From an uncultured Alphaproteobacteria bacterium (lineage in GTDB: Bacteria > Pseudomonadota > Alphaproteobacteria > HIMB59 > GCA-002718135), in assembly GCA_902522015.1 (NCBI GenBank), contig CABYTX010000003.1, forward strand, positions 1 through 57,646: a DNA stretch of 57,646 bases, written 5' to 3'. How positions within the stretch are numbered: position 1 is the stretch's first letter; every line of letters starts with the position of its first letter. This document shows, piece by piece, positions 18,947 through 28,605 of the stretch. The translations under genes and the position numbers were made by a program. The notes below the pieces were generated by a model. The model was given only the letters and a program-made list of their open reading frames with translations, made no database searches and was not told the DNA's origin.

Positions 18947-20088
18947 TGAAAGTTGGAATTATAGGATGTGGAAATATAGCAGATATATATTTTAAAAATT
19001 CTCAAAAATATTTTAATAATTTTGACATCATTGCATGTGCAGATATTAAAGAAGATGCTTCCGTTCATTATTCCAAACTTTATGGAGTGGAAAATTTATC
19101 AGTGGATAAATTATTAAATCATAGTGAAATAGAATTAATTATTAATTTAACAATTCCTGACGTCCACTTTGAAGTTTCGCAATCAATTCTTCAAGCTGGA
19201 AAGCATTCATACTCTGAAAAACCTCTTTCAATTGAATTTAACCACGGAAAGCAATTGTTAGATTTATCGAAAGAGAAAAATTTGTATTTAGGTTGTGCGC
19301 CCGATACATTTCTGGGAGCAGGTATCCAAGAATCAAAGAAAATTTTAGAAAATAACATTATTGGAAATATTAATATGGGTAGTATTGCAATGGGTGTTGC
19401 GGGTCACGAAATATGGCATCCTAATCCAGATTTTTATTATAAGTATGGTGGAGGACCAGTATTGGATATGGGTCCTTACTATTTTACAGCATTAGTCAAT
19501 TTATTAGGTCCAGCAAAATCTGTCTATTCTCAATCTAGAACAGTTTATAAAAAAAGAATTATTGGAAGTGGTAGTAGAAAAGATGAAGAAGTAATTGTAG
19601 AAATTCCAACAACTCTAATTTCTCAAATTGAGTTTGACAATGGCGCGCTTATAGACTCTTTTTTCTCTTTTGATACATGGAAGCATAATAAAAACCATAT
19701 TGAGCTTTATGGAGATAAGGGATCAATAAATATTCCAGATCCTAATACTTTTGGTGGTTCAATAAATATTTGCACATCAAAAAATGGAGAATGGGAAACT
19801 ATAGCAACTGATAAAAATAATTTAGGAAAGATCAATATACATAATAGTAAAAAAACAAATGAAAATCCAGGCATTGCCAATTATAGAGGAATTGGTGTTA
19901 GTGAGATGGTTGATTCTATAAATCACAAAAGATTAAACAGGTGCAGTGGTGAATTAAGTTTACATGTTTTAGATATATTAGATACAATTATTAAATCTTC
20001 TGAAAATGATAAAAAATTACAATTAAGAAGCTCCATCAATAAAGTTAGTTATTTTGCTGAGGATGAAATAAGTAAATTATTAAACTGA
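18946..20088 (+). CDS. Gfo/Idh/MocA family NAD(P)-dependent oxidoreductase (ThuB-like)
   Basis: N-terminal Rossmann motif MKVGIIGCGNIA and an EKP motif (YSEKPL). TAATG coupling to the upstream gene. Confidence 0.85.
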   Translation: MKVGIIGCGNIADIYFKNSQKYFNNFDIIACADIKEDASVHYSKLYGVENLSVDKLLNHSEIELIINLTIPDVHFEVSQSILQAGKHSYSEKPLSIEFNHGKQLLDLSKEKNLYLGCAPDTFLGAGIQESKKILENNIIGNINMGSIAMGVAGHEIWHPNPDFYYKYGGGPVLDMGPYYFTALVNLLGPAKSVYSQSRTVYKKRIIGSGSRKDEEVIVEIPTTLISQIEFDNGALIDSFFSFDTWKHNKNHIELYGDKGSINIPDPNTFGGSINICTSKNGEWETIATDKNNLGKINIHNSKKTNENPGIANYRGIGVSEMVDSINHKRLNRCSGELSLHVLDILDTIIKSSENDKKLQLRSSINKVSYFAEDEISKLLN

Positions 20089-20099
20089 AAGGAATATGA

Positions 20100-20813
20100 A
20101 TGAAAAAAGCTCTTATAGTTTATGGTGGCTGGCCTGGCCATGAGCCAGAGAAATGTACTGAAATAATTAAAGGTATGCTTGAGCCTGAAGGATACGAAGT
20201 TAGAGCTGAATATCAAACTTCAGCATTTGCACAGGATTATGTTCACGAAATGGATTTGTTAATACCCATAGTCACTATGGCTTTTCATTTTGATCCTCGA
20301 GGAGAAATAAAAAAAACTGCTGTTAACAATGTTATAAAAGCCGTTCATAATGGTTGTGGCCTTGCCGGTCACCACGGTGGAATGTGTGATTCATTTAGAC
20401 AGTCAATCGATTGGCAGTTTTTAACAGGAGGTCAATGGGTAAGTCACCCAAATGGTATCCATGATTATAAAGTCAATATAACAAAAAAAGATGATCCAAT
20501 CATGGAAGGTATTGAAGATTTTGATTATCATTCAGAGCAATATTATATGCATGTTGATCCATTAAATGAAGTTTTGGCAACGACAACTTTTAAAGGTAAT
20601 GAAGTTTGGAAGCTTGAACAAGAACCTGGTTCATCAAGTGGTGAGGCATATACCACAGAATGGTTAAAGGGCGTAGAAATGCCAGTTGCTTGGAAAAGAC
20701 GAATTGGGAAAGGTAAAATTTTTTATATCTCTCTTGGTCATTTTGCACATGAATTAAACCATCCACAAATGAATAAAATTTATAAACGTGGTTTACTTTG
20801 GGCATCAAGATAG
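20100..20813 (+). CDS. ThuA-domain protein (trehalose-utilisation-like, GATase1-like fold)
   Basis: N-terminus KKALIVYGGWPGHEPEKCTE is typical of ThuA-domain proteins, and it is adjacent to a Gfo/Idh/MocA gene. Confidence 0.75.
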   Translation: MKKALIVYGGWPGHEPEKCTEIIKGMLEPEGYEVRAEYQTSAFAQDYVHEMDLLIPIVTMAFHFDPRGEIKKTAVNNVIKAVHNGCGLAGHHGGMCDSFRQSIDWQFLTGGQWVSHPNGIHDYKVNITKKDDPIMEGIEDFDYHSEQYYMHVDPLNEVLATTTFKGNEVWKLEQEPGSSSGEAYTTEWLKGVEMPVAWKRRIGKGKIFYISLGHFAHELNHPQMNKIYKRGLLWASR

Positions 20814-20836
20814 AGTAATATTATATAGGAAATCAT

Positions 20837-22150
20837 ATGACAGAATACTTTAGTAAAATACCAGAGATTAAATTTGAAGGCGAAGAAAGTACAAACCCAT
20901 TCGCTTTTAAGTTTTATGATGAATCTAAAAAAGTTTTAGGCAAGTCTATGAAAGAGCATTTAAGGTTTGCTACTTGCTATTGGCATACATTTACTTGGCC
21001 TGGCCTCGATCCATTTGGCGGTCAAACATTTGATAGGCCTTGGATGCAAGCAGGTGATGAAATGAAAATGGCTGAAATGAAACTTGATGCTGCATTTGAT
21101 TTTTTCACTAAAATAAAAACACCTTTTTTCTGCTTTCACGATAGAGATATTTCTCCTGAAGGTTCAAATTATGCTGAGACACAAAAAAATTTTTTTCATA
21201 TTATAGACTTAATGGAACAAAAAATTAATGACTCAGGAATGAAATTACTTTGGGGAACAGCAAATGCTTTTTCTCATAAAAGATATATGAGTGGTGCTTC
21301 TACCAATCCAGACCCAGAAGTTTTTGCATATAAAGCTGCACAAGTAAAAGATTGTATGGATGCAACTATGAGACTGGGTGGTCAAAACTATGTTCTTTGG
21401 GGTGGAAGAGAAGGATACGAAACTATCCTAAATACTGACATGACGAAGGAAACTGCTAATCTTCAAAGATTTTTAGAATTAGTCGTTAATTATAAACACA
21501 AGATAGGATTTAAAGGTCAAATTTTATTGGAACCAAAACCTCATGAACCAACTAAACATCAATATGACTTTGACTCTGCAACTTGTTTAGCGTTTTTACG
21601 AAAGGCAGGTTTAGAAAATGAGATTAAACTAAATGTTGAAGTTAATCATGCAACTTTATCTGGTCATAATTTTGAACATGAAATTGCTTACGCTACTTCA
21701 AACAGCGCCTTAGGAAGTATTGATATTAATAGAGGTGATACTTTGATAGGTTGGGATACTGATCAATTCCCAAATAATCCTGCAGACTTAATTATGTCAT
21801 TTTATTTTATTTTTAAGAATGGCGGCTTAGGCCAAGGAGGCATGAACTTTGATGCAAAAATAAGAAGACAATCTATTGATGCTGAAGATTTATTCTTTGC
21901 TCATATTGGAGGCATGGATGTTTGTGCAAAAACACTTATTGCTGTTGAAAAAATGATGAATGATAATGTTATTCCTAAGTTTATTGAAGACAGATATGAA
22001 GACTGGAATAAAAGTTTGGGGCAGTTTATTCATAATAAAGATACTGGATTAGAAGATATAAATAAAAAAGTAATCGATGACAATATTGAACCAGAACCTC
22101 GTTCAGGAAGACAAGAATATCTGGAAAATATCTTAAATAAATATTTGTAG
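20837..22150 (+). CDS. xylA: Xylose isomerase
   Basis: 437 aa. XylA-like motifs are present, including RFATCYWHTF, FCFHDRD, LEPKPHEPTKHQYDFD, VNHATLSGH and WDTDQFP. Confidence 0.93.
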   Translation: MTEYFSKIPEIKFEGEESTNPFAFKFYDESKKVLGKSMKEHLRFATCYWHTFTWPGLDPFGGQTFDRPWMQAGDEMKMAEMKLDAAFDFFTKIKTPFFCFHDRDISPEGSNYAETQKNFFHIIDLMEQKINDSGMKLLWGTANAFSHKRYMSGASTNPDPEVFAYKAAQVKDCMDATMRLGGQNYVLWGGREGYETILNTDMTKETANLQRFLELVVNYKHKIGFKGQILLEPKPHEPTKHQYDFDSATCLAFLRKAGLENEIKLNVEVNHATLSGHNFEHEIAYATSNSALGSIDINRGDTLIGWDTDQFPNNPADLIMSFYFIFKNGGLGQGGMNFDAKIRRQSIDAEDLFFAHIGGMDVCAKTLIAVEKMMNDNVIPKFIEDRYEDWNKSLGQFIHNKDTGLEDINKKVIDDNIEPEPRSGRQEYLENILNKYL

Positions 22151-22192
22151 TTACTAGCCATAAGTTTCTATACTAATTGATTTATAAATATT

Positions 22193-23122
22193 ATGAAAAT
22201 TTATAAATTAGACACAGAATCAGAGTTTGAAAAATTAAACCTTTGTCTCGCAATAGGTAATTTTGATGGAATACATAAAGGGCATCAAGAAATAATAATA
22301 AAAATTAAAGAGATTGCATCAAATAATAATTTATTATCTTCTATAATGAGTTTTAATCCTCATCCTCGTGTTTACTTTAATCAAATTAATGAGTCTTTTA
22401 ATATTTATACTCAAAGTGATAAAATAAATTTTCTTGAACGATTGGGTTTAGACATATTTATAGATTTTTCTTTTGATAAAAATCTATCAATATTATCAGC
22501 TGATGATTTTGTAACTAAAATTCTTATTGATAAATTAAATATAAAATACTTAGTTATAGGTAGTGACTTTAAGTTTGGAAAAGACAGAAAAGGTAATTTT
22601 AAAACATTAGAAAAATATGCTGAAAAAAATAATTTTAATATTCATTTAATCGATCCTATTATGCTTGCTGATAAATCGGATAAATATTCATCTTCAATAA
22701 TTCGATCTCAAATAAAAGATGGCTATATGGAAGATGTTACAGAGTCTTTAGGTAGGCCTTGGCATATGCATGGAACAATAATTGAAGGTGATAAAAGAGC
22801 TAGAGAAATCAATTTTCCGACTGCTAATATGATACCAGATCAACACATATTACCAAAAAATGGTGTTTACTGTGTGGAAGTGCTATTAGAAGGCAAAAAA
22901 TACAAAGGTGTTTCAAATTTTGGTTTAAGACCAACAGTTGACGGAAGCAAACTCCTTCTAGAGACACATATTTTTAATTTTAGTGAAGAAATATATGGTA
23001 AAGAATTGACTGTTGAATTCCTTACATTTATTAGGTCTGAACAAAAATTTAATAATTTTGAAGAATTAACCAAGCAAATCAACAAAGATATAAATACAGC
23101 TAAAGAATATCATCAACTATAA
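22193..23122 (+). CDS. ribF: Bifunctional riboflavin kinase / FAD synthetase
   Basis: Contains GNFDGIHKGHQ, PTANM and a C-terminal riboflavin kinase region. It lies directly upstream of ileS, the classic synteny. Confidence 0.9.
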   Translation: MKIYKLDTESEFEKLNLCLAIGNFDGIHKGHQEIIIKIKEIASNNNLLSSIMSFNPHPRVYFNQINESFNIYTQSDKINFLERLGLDIFIDFSFDKNLSILSADDFVTKILIDKLNIKYLVIGSDFKFGKDRKGNFKTLEKYAEKNNFNIHLIDPIMLADKSDKYSSSIIRSQIKDGYMEDVTESLGRPWHMHGTIIEGDKRAREINFPTANMIPDQHILPKNGVYCVEVLLEGKKYKGVSNFGLRPTVDGSKLLLETHIFNFSEEIYGKELTVEFLTFIRSEQKFNNFEELTKQINKDINTAKEYHQL

Positions 23123-25899
23123 TGGAATATAAAGATACAATTTTTCTTCCCAAAACATCTTTTGAAATGAGAGCTAACCTTCCAGCAAAAGAACCTGCAA
23201 TATTAGAGGAGTGGGATAAAGAAAATATTTTTAAAAAGCTAAGAGATAAATCTAAAGGTAGAGAAAAATTTGTTCTTCATGATGGTCCACCATACGCAAA
23301 TGGACATATTCATATGGGAACTGCTCTTAATAAAATTCTAAAAGACGTCATTGTGCGAACACAACAAATGGCAGGTAAAGACTCTATTTATGTACCTGGA
23401 TGGGATTGTCACGGCTTACCAATTGAATGGAAAATAGAAGAAGAATATAGAAAAAAAGGAAAGAACAAGGATGATGTTCCAACTGTTCAATTTAGGAATG
23501 AGTGTAGAGAGTTTGCAGAAAAATGGATCGATATACAAAAAAAAGAGTTTAGGCGACTTGGTGTTGAAGGTGATTGGGAAAATCCTTACCTCACAATGTC
23601 AAATCAAGCAGAAGCACAAATTGTTCGAGAGCTTGGAAAATTTCTTCTTGATGAAAGTTTGTATAAAGGAGCAAAACCAGTTCTCTGGTCTGTTGTTGAA
23701 AAGACAGCTCTAGCTGATGCAGAAGTTGAATATGAAGATCATACGTCTAACACTATATATGTTAAATTTTTAATTAAAAATTCTACTGATAAAGATTTAA
23801 TTGATTCTAATATTGTTATTTGGACAACAACTCCTTGGACTATTCCAGGTAATAGAGCTTTGGCTTTTGGTAAAGAATTAGATTATTCACTAATTGTTGC
23901 TGAAGAATTAGAAGAAAATAGTTTAGTCAAAAAAAATGATAAATTAATATTTGCTTCAGAACTTTTAGAAAATGTAACTAAAGAAATTGGAATTAAAAAA
24001 TTTAGTACAAAAAAGAAATTTAAAGGAGATAATTTATCTTCATGTGAATGTGAACATCCATTTAAACAACTGGGATACGATTTCATTGTAAAACCATTTC
24101 ACGGGGATTTTGTAAACTTAGAACAGGGAACAGGAGTTGTGCATATAGCTCCTGGACACGGAGATGACGATTATGTTTTAGGTATAGAAAATAATGTTGA
24201 TATTATCCAGACAGTTCAAGATGATGGAAAATATAATCAACATGCCGTTGGTTTTGAAGGCGAGCATATTTATAAAGTAGATCACAAAATTGCAGATAAA
24301 TTAGAAGAATTTTCAAAATTGTTATTTAAAGGTACTCTTCGTCATAGCTACCCACATTCATGGAGGTCTAAAGCTCCCCTTATTTATAGAAATACTCCAC
24401 AATGGTTCATTTCCATGGAAAAAAATAATTTAAGAGACATTGCTCTCAAATCAATTGATGAAACTATTTTCTATCCTCCTCAAGGCCAAACAAGGCTTAA
24501 ATCAATGATTGAAACTAGACCAGATTGGTGTGTATCTAGACAAAGAGTGTGGGGAGTACCTTTGCCATTATTTGTAAATAAAAAAACAGGTCAACCTTTA
24601 AGAGATGAAAATATTATCAATAGAATAGCTGATATTTATGAAAAAGAAGGAAGCAATACGTGGTTTACCGAAGATCCACAAAGATTTTTAGGGGATGAAT
24701 ATTCACTTGATGATTATGAACAGGTAAAAGATGTAGTTGAAGTATGGTTTGACAGCGGCTCAACACATGCTTTTTGCCTAGAACAAAGAGAAGATTTGAA
24801 ATGGCCTGCATCAATGTACTTAGAAGGCAGTGATCAACACAGAGGATGGTTTCATTCATCTCTTTTAGAATCTTCCGGTACTAGAGGCAAAGCACCTTAC
24901 GAAAGTGTTCTAACACACGGGTTTGTTGTTGATGGAAGAGGACGTAAAATGTCTAAATCTTTAGGTAACGTTATTTCTCCAGATGATATATTAAAAAAAT
25001 ATGGAGTAGATATTTTAAGATTGTGGGTCGTTGCCTCTGATTATTATGATGATCTTAAACTTGATAATGCTATTCTACAATCACAAGCTGAGTCTTATAG
25101 AAGAATAAGAAATACCTTTCGTTTTTTAATCGGCAATTTAAGTGATTTTACTGAAGAAGAAGCTATTGATGAGAGTGAGTTTCCAGAGTTAGAAAGATAT
25201 CTTCTACATCGTTTGTGGGAAGTTGATAAAGTCGTTCAAAAATGTGTATCAACATTTAATTTTCACTTGATGTTTACTACACTACTGAACTTTTGTTCAA
25301 GTGATCTTTCAGCTTTTTATTTTGATATTAGAAAAGACACAATATATTGTGATAGTAAAGAGTCGGTTAAAAGAAGGTCTACTAGAACTCTATTAAATAT
25401 AATTTTTAATCATTTAGTAAGATGGTTTGCCCCATCTATTTCCTTTACTTCTGAAGAAGCTTGGAAAGCAATGGGAAATAGAGAAAGTATTCACCTACAA
25501 GATTTTTTACAATGTAAAAAAGAATATGAAGATAATCAATTAAATGAAAAATGGAATATAATTAAAAATATTAGAAAAGTTGCCACTGGAGCTATTGAAA
25601 AAATTAGAGAAGAAAAAACTATTCGTTCAAGTCTTGAAGCACACATAGATATTTTTGTTTCTGCAGAAAGTTATAAAAAACTTGAGAAAGTAATGTTTGA
25701 TGAAATTACAATTACTTCATCATTTTCTTTGTTTGTTATTGACGAAAAATCCAATGGTTTCTCTATTGAAGATATTTCTGATGTTATCGTAAATGCATCA
25801 AAGGTAAATGGAGAAAAGTGTCAAAGATGTTGGAAATATGAGGCAAAGTTAATAAATGATGAAGTTTGTAACAGGTGTAATACTGTAATATTTAAGTGA
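23122..25899 (+). CDS. ileS: Isoleucine--tRNA ligase
   Basis: 925 aa. HIGH-type motif PYANGHIHMGT, KMSKS motif and a C-terminal Zn-finger (CQRCW...CNRC). Confidence 0.97.
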   Translation: MEYKDTIFLPKTSFEMRANLPAKEPAILEEWDKENIFKKLRDKSKGREKFVLHDGPPYANGHIHMGTALNKILKDVIVRTQQMAGKDSIYVPGWDCHGLPIEWKIEEEYRKKGKNKDDVPTVQFRNECREFAEKWIDIQKKEFRRLGVEGDWENPYLTMSNQAEAQIVRELGKFLLDESLYKGAKPVLWSVVEKTALADAEVEYEDHTSNTIYVKFLIKNSTDKDLIDSNIVIWTTTPWTIPGNRALAFGKELDYSLIVAEELEENSLVKKNDKLIFASELLENVTKEIGIKKFSTKKKFKGDNLSSCECEHPFKQLGYDFIVKPFHGDFVNLEQGTGVVHIAPGHGDDDYVLGIENNVDIIQTVQDDGKYNQHAVGFEGEHIYKVDHKIADKLEEFSKLLFKGTLRHSYPHSWRSKAPLIYRNTPQWFISMEKNNLRDIALKSIDETIFYPPQGQTRLKSMIETRPDWCVSRQRVWGVPLPLFVNKKTGQPLRDENIINRIADIYEKEGSNTWFTEDPQRFLGDEYSLDDYEQVKDVVEVWFDSGSTHAFCLEQREDLKWPASMYLEGSDQHRGWFHSSLLESSGTRGKAPYESVLTHGFVVDGRGRKMSKSLGNVISPDDILKKYGVDILRLWVVASDYYDDLKLDNAILQSQAESYRRIRNTFRFLIGNLSDFTEEEAIDESEFPELERYLLHRLWEVDKVVQKCVSTFNFHLMFTTLLNFCSSDLSAFYFDIRKDTIYCDSKESVKRRSTRTLLNIIFNHLVRWFAPSISFTSEEAWKAMGNRESIHLQDFLQCKKEYEDNQLNEKWNIIKNIRKVATGAIEKIREEKTIRSSLEAHIDIFVSAESYKKLEKVMFDEITITSSFSLFVIDEKSNGFSIEDISDVIVNASKVNGEKCQRCWKYEAKLINDEVCNRCNTVIFK

Positions 25900-26348
25900 T
25901 TAAAACAGCAGTATTTATTTTATTGATATTATTAGATTTATTAACAAAATTTTTTATTCAGAATAATTTATTTTTAAATCAATCAATAAAAATCAATGAA
26001 TATTTTGAGTTAGTTTATGTTCAGAACTTTGGTGTTTCTTTTGGTTTATTTTCTGGTTATGTTTCTCATTGGATATTAATACTTATAGCCTTAATAGTTG
26101 TTATATTAATTTTTTATTTATTTATTAAATCAGATAAACAACTAGAAAAACTGGCTTATTTCTTTGTTATAATTGGGGCTTTATCAAATATCATTGATAG
26201 ATTGATAAATAGTTATGTTGTTGATTTTATCTTACTACATTATGAAAATTTTTATTGGCCAGCATTTAATCTAGCAGATATCTATATTACAATTGGAATT
26301 ATCATGTTAATAATGAGTTTTTTTATAAAATCAAAAACAGTAAAATGA
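25896..26348 (+). CDS. lspA: Lipoprotein signal peptidase II
   Basis: GTG start in a GTGA overlap with the ileS stop. 150 aa, four TM segments, contains NLADIYI, and shows ileS-lspA synteny. Confidence 0.88.
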   Translation: MIKTAVFILLILLDLLTKFFIQNNLFLNQSIKINEYFELVYVQNFGVSFGLFSGYVSHWILILIALIVVILIFYLFIKSDKQLEKLAYFFVIIGALSNIIDRLINSYVVDFILLHYENFYWPAFNLADIYITIGIIMLIMSFFIKSKTVK

Positions 26349-26845
26349 AAAAAGTTATTTTTGCAATAATTATTTCCTCAATTTTTCTATCTTCTTGTAA
26401 TACTATAAGAAGTAGTGCCGGTGTAGAAAGAAAAGTAATAGATGAATATAATGTAGTTGAAAATCCTCCATTAGTAATTCCACCAAATTTTAATTTACTA
26501 CCACCTGATCAAATTGAATCAAAAGATATTGATGATACCGATAGTGAGCTTGCAAAGGAAATTCTCTTTGGTCTAGATGAAGAAAGTGATGAAACACCTT
26601 CTGAAAATTCTGTTATTGACAATATTTTAAAAGAAACTGAAGCAGATCAAATAGATAATAGTATCAGGGAAGATCTTGATGGAAACTCAGAAGATGAAAT
26701 AAGCCAAGATAATACAGATGTTGAAAGTGAAAATATAGAAGAGCCAAAAAAGAAAAAAAGATTTTTCTTTTTCAACAGTAAAGAAGAAAATGAAGATGAC
26801 GGGGAAGGTAAACCTAAAAAGAAAAAAAGATTTTTCTTCTTTTAA
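26345..26845 (+). CDS. Acidic lipoprotein (DUF3035-like) with duplicated KKKKRFFFF C-terminal motif
   Basis: Lipobox is FLSSC. The region is D/E-rich, with two KKKKRFFFF repeats at the C-terminus. ATGA coupling to lspA. Confidence 0.75.
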   Translation: MKKVIFAIIISSIFLSSCNTIRSSAGVERKVIDEYNVVENPPLVIPPNFNLLPPDQIESKDIDDTDSELAKEILFGLDEESDETPSENSVIDNILKETEADQIDNSIREDLDGNSEDEISQDNTDVESENIEEPKKKKRFFFFNSKEENEDDGEGKPKKKKRFFFF

Positions 26846-26853
26846 TTTTATAA

Positions 26854-28053
26854 ATGGAAATAAAATACTTTAATTCAAATTTTGACAAAATTACTCAAAA
26901 TAAAGATACTGATCAAAGTATAACTAATTTAATAGAAAAACTTCCTTCTCTGAATATTGTTTCAGAAAAAAATTTATTAGAAGAAACCATAAAAATTTCG
27001 AATCAATTTAAAGAGAAAAAGGAAAAAATAATTGTATTTGGTACAGGAGGTTCAAATTTAGGAGCTAGAGCATTAAATAATATTATTTCCAATAATAAAA
27101 TTATCTTAGAATTTTATGATAATGTTGACCCTATTAATTTTGAAAAAAATTTTCAAAATATTAATTTTGAGCTAACTGGCTTCTTGGTTATTTCAAAATC
27201 GGGTACTACACCAGAGACATTATCTCAATTTTCATGTCTCTATCAAAAGGCAATAGAAGCTAACAAAGTTGAAGATTTTTTTTCAAATACTCTAATCATA
27301 ACTGAATTTAAAGAATCACCACTTTTTAAAATTGCAAAAGATAATAATTGTATACTATTAGAGCATCATAAAGATGTTGGAGGCAGATATTCTATATTTA
27401 CCAATGTTGGTATAGTTCCTGCAATCATTTCTGGATTGAATATTGATGCACTTTTTGCTGGAGCATCTGAAGTAATTAATAACATTGATAATTACAAACC
27501 GTACGATCTTGGAAGATATTTAACTCAAAAAGTAAATGCAAAATTTACTAATAATGTTTTAATGACATATTCTGATTCACTTTATTTTTTTGGAAAATGG
27601 TATCTGCAACTTTGGGCAGAAAGTATTGGAAAAAATAATAAAGGTATTACGGCAATTCATTCAGTAGGGACCACTGATCAACATAGTCAATTACAATTGT
27701 ATTTAGATGGACCTAAAGATAAATATTTCACCTTTATCACTACAGATCATTCAAATAAGGGCATAAAAATTAATAATGATATGTTTCAAGGTACCGATAT
27801 TGACTATTTTAAAGATAAAACAATGGGTGATTTAATGGAGGCTGAACAGCGTGCAACCATCGAAACTTTTAAATTAAATAATTTTAGTTTTAGAGAAATT
27901 TATATTCCTAAAATAGATGAACAAAACTTAGGTAAATTATTATCGTTTAGTATTATAGAAACAATTGCTTCTTGTATGTATTTAGATGTAGATCCTTTTG
28001 ATCAACCTGCTGTTGAACAAGGTAAAAAACTAACAAAAACTTATTTAAGATAA
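26854..28053 (+). CDS. pgi: Glucose-6-phosphate isomerase (short form)
   Basis: Contains motifs ISKSGTTPET and VGGRYS. 399 aa. Confidence 0.85.
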   Translation: MEIKYFNSNFDKITQNKDTDQSITNLIEKLPSLNIVSEKNLLEETIKISNQFKEKKEKIIVFGTGGSNLGARALNNIISNNKIILEFYDNVDPINFEKNFQNINFELTGFLVISKSGTTPETLSQFSCLYQKAIEANKVEDFFSNTLIITEFKESPLFKIAKDNNCILLEHHKDVGGRYSIFTNVGIVPAIISGLNIDALFAGASEVINNIDNYKPYDLGRYLTQKVNAKFTNNVLMTYSDSLYFFGKWYLQLWAESIGKNNKGITAIHSVGTTDQHSQLQLYLDGPKDKYFTFITTDHSNKGIKINNDMFQGTDIDYFKDKTMGDLMEAEQRATIETFKLNNFSFREIYIPKIDEQNLGKLLSFSIIETIASCMYLDVDPFDQPAVEQGKKLTKTYLR

Positions 28054-28605
28054 TTTTAAAAAATAAATTATTGTTTTACCGTAAGTCTTTTTTTGAAGCA
28101 GATTTAAATTTTCAGGAATTACAAAATTTTCTTTAATACTCGTCTCCAAACCAATCAAAGTAGTATCTTTAATTTTATTTGATAAATTTTCTAAAAGCTT
28201 TGTTAAATTATACTTTGTGTATGGTGGATCGATATAAACAATTGAAATATTTTGAAATTCTATTTCTAATTTAGAATTAATAAGGTCTTCTTCATAAATT
28301 TTAAATTGATTATTTTTACAAATATCTAAACAATTTTTTCTTAAAATATTAATAACCTCATTATTATTCTCAAAAAAAACTACCTCATTCACGCCTCTAG
28401 AAATTGCTTCTAAACCCATTGTGCCGATACCTGCGAAAAGATCTAAAAAAATTTTATTTTTATATAATTCAATTGAATTTTTGATTGCATAACTTTCAAT
28501 AACTGAAAAAAAAGCTTCTCTTTTTAGAGAAGAAGTTGGTCTTACAAAATCATTAATACTAGCTAATTTTTTTTGTTTAAATTTTCCTCCAGTAATCCGT
28601 ATCAT
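28045..28605 (-). CDS. rsmD: 16S rRNA (guanine966-N2)-methyltransferase
   Basis: Contains RPTSSLKREAFF, the SAM motif LDLFAGIGTMGLE and DPPY. Confidence 0.88.
   Translation of the reverse strand: MIRITGGKFKQKKLASINDFVRPTSSLKREAFFSVIESYAIKNSIELYKNKIFLDLFAGIGTMGLEAISRGVNEVVFFENNNEVINILRKNCLDICKNNQFKIYEEDLINSKLEIEFQNISIVYIDPPYTKYNLTKLLENLSNKIKDTTLIGLETSIKENFVIPENLNLLQKKTYGKTIIYFLKLS

Noticed and set aside
1-22150. The sulfatase island as a classical mobile genomic island or ICE.
   Set aside because: No integrase, transposase, tRNA target, direct repeats or conjugation genes are visible in the window. The left boundary lies outside the window, so mobility cannot be assessed.
26854-28053. The short (399 aa) pgi as a possible truncated gene or pseudogene.
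   Set aside because: The frame is intact, both catalytic-region motifs (SKSGTTPET, GGRYS) are present, and short-form PGIs exist. There is no evidence of decay.
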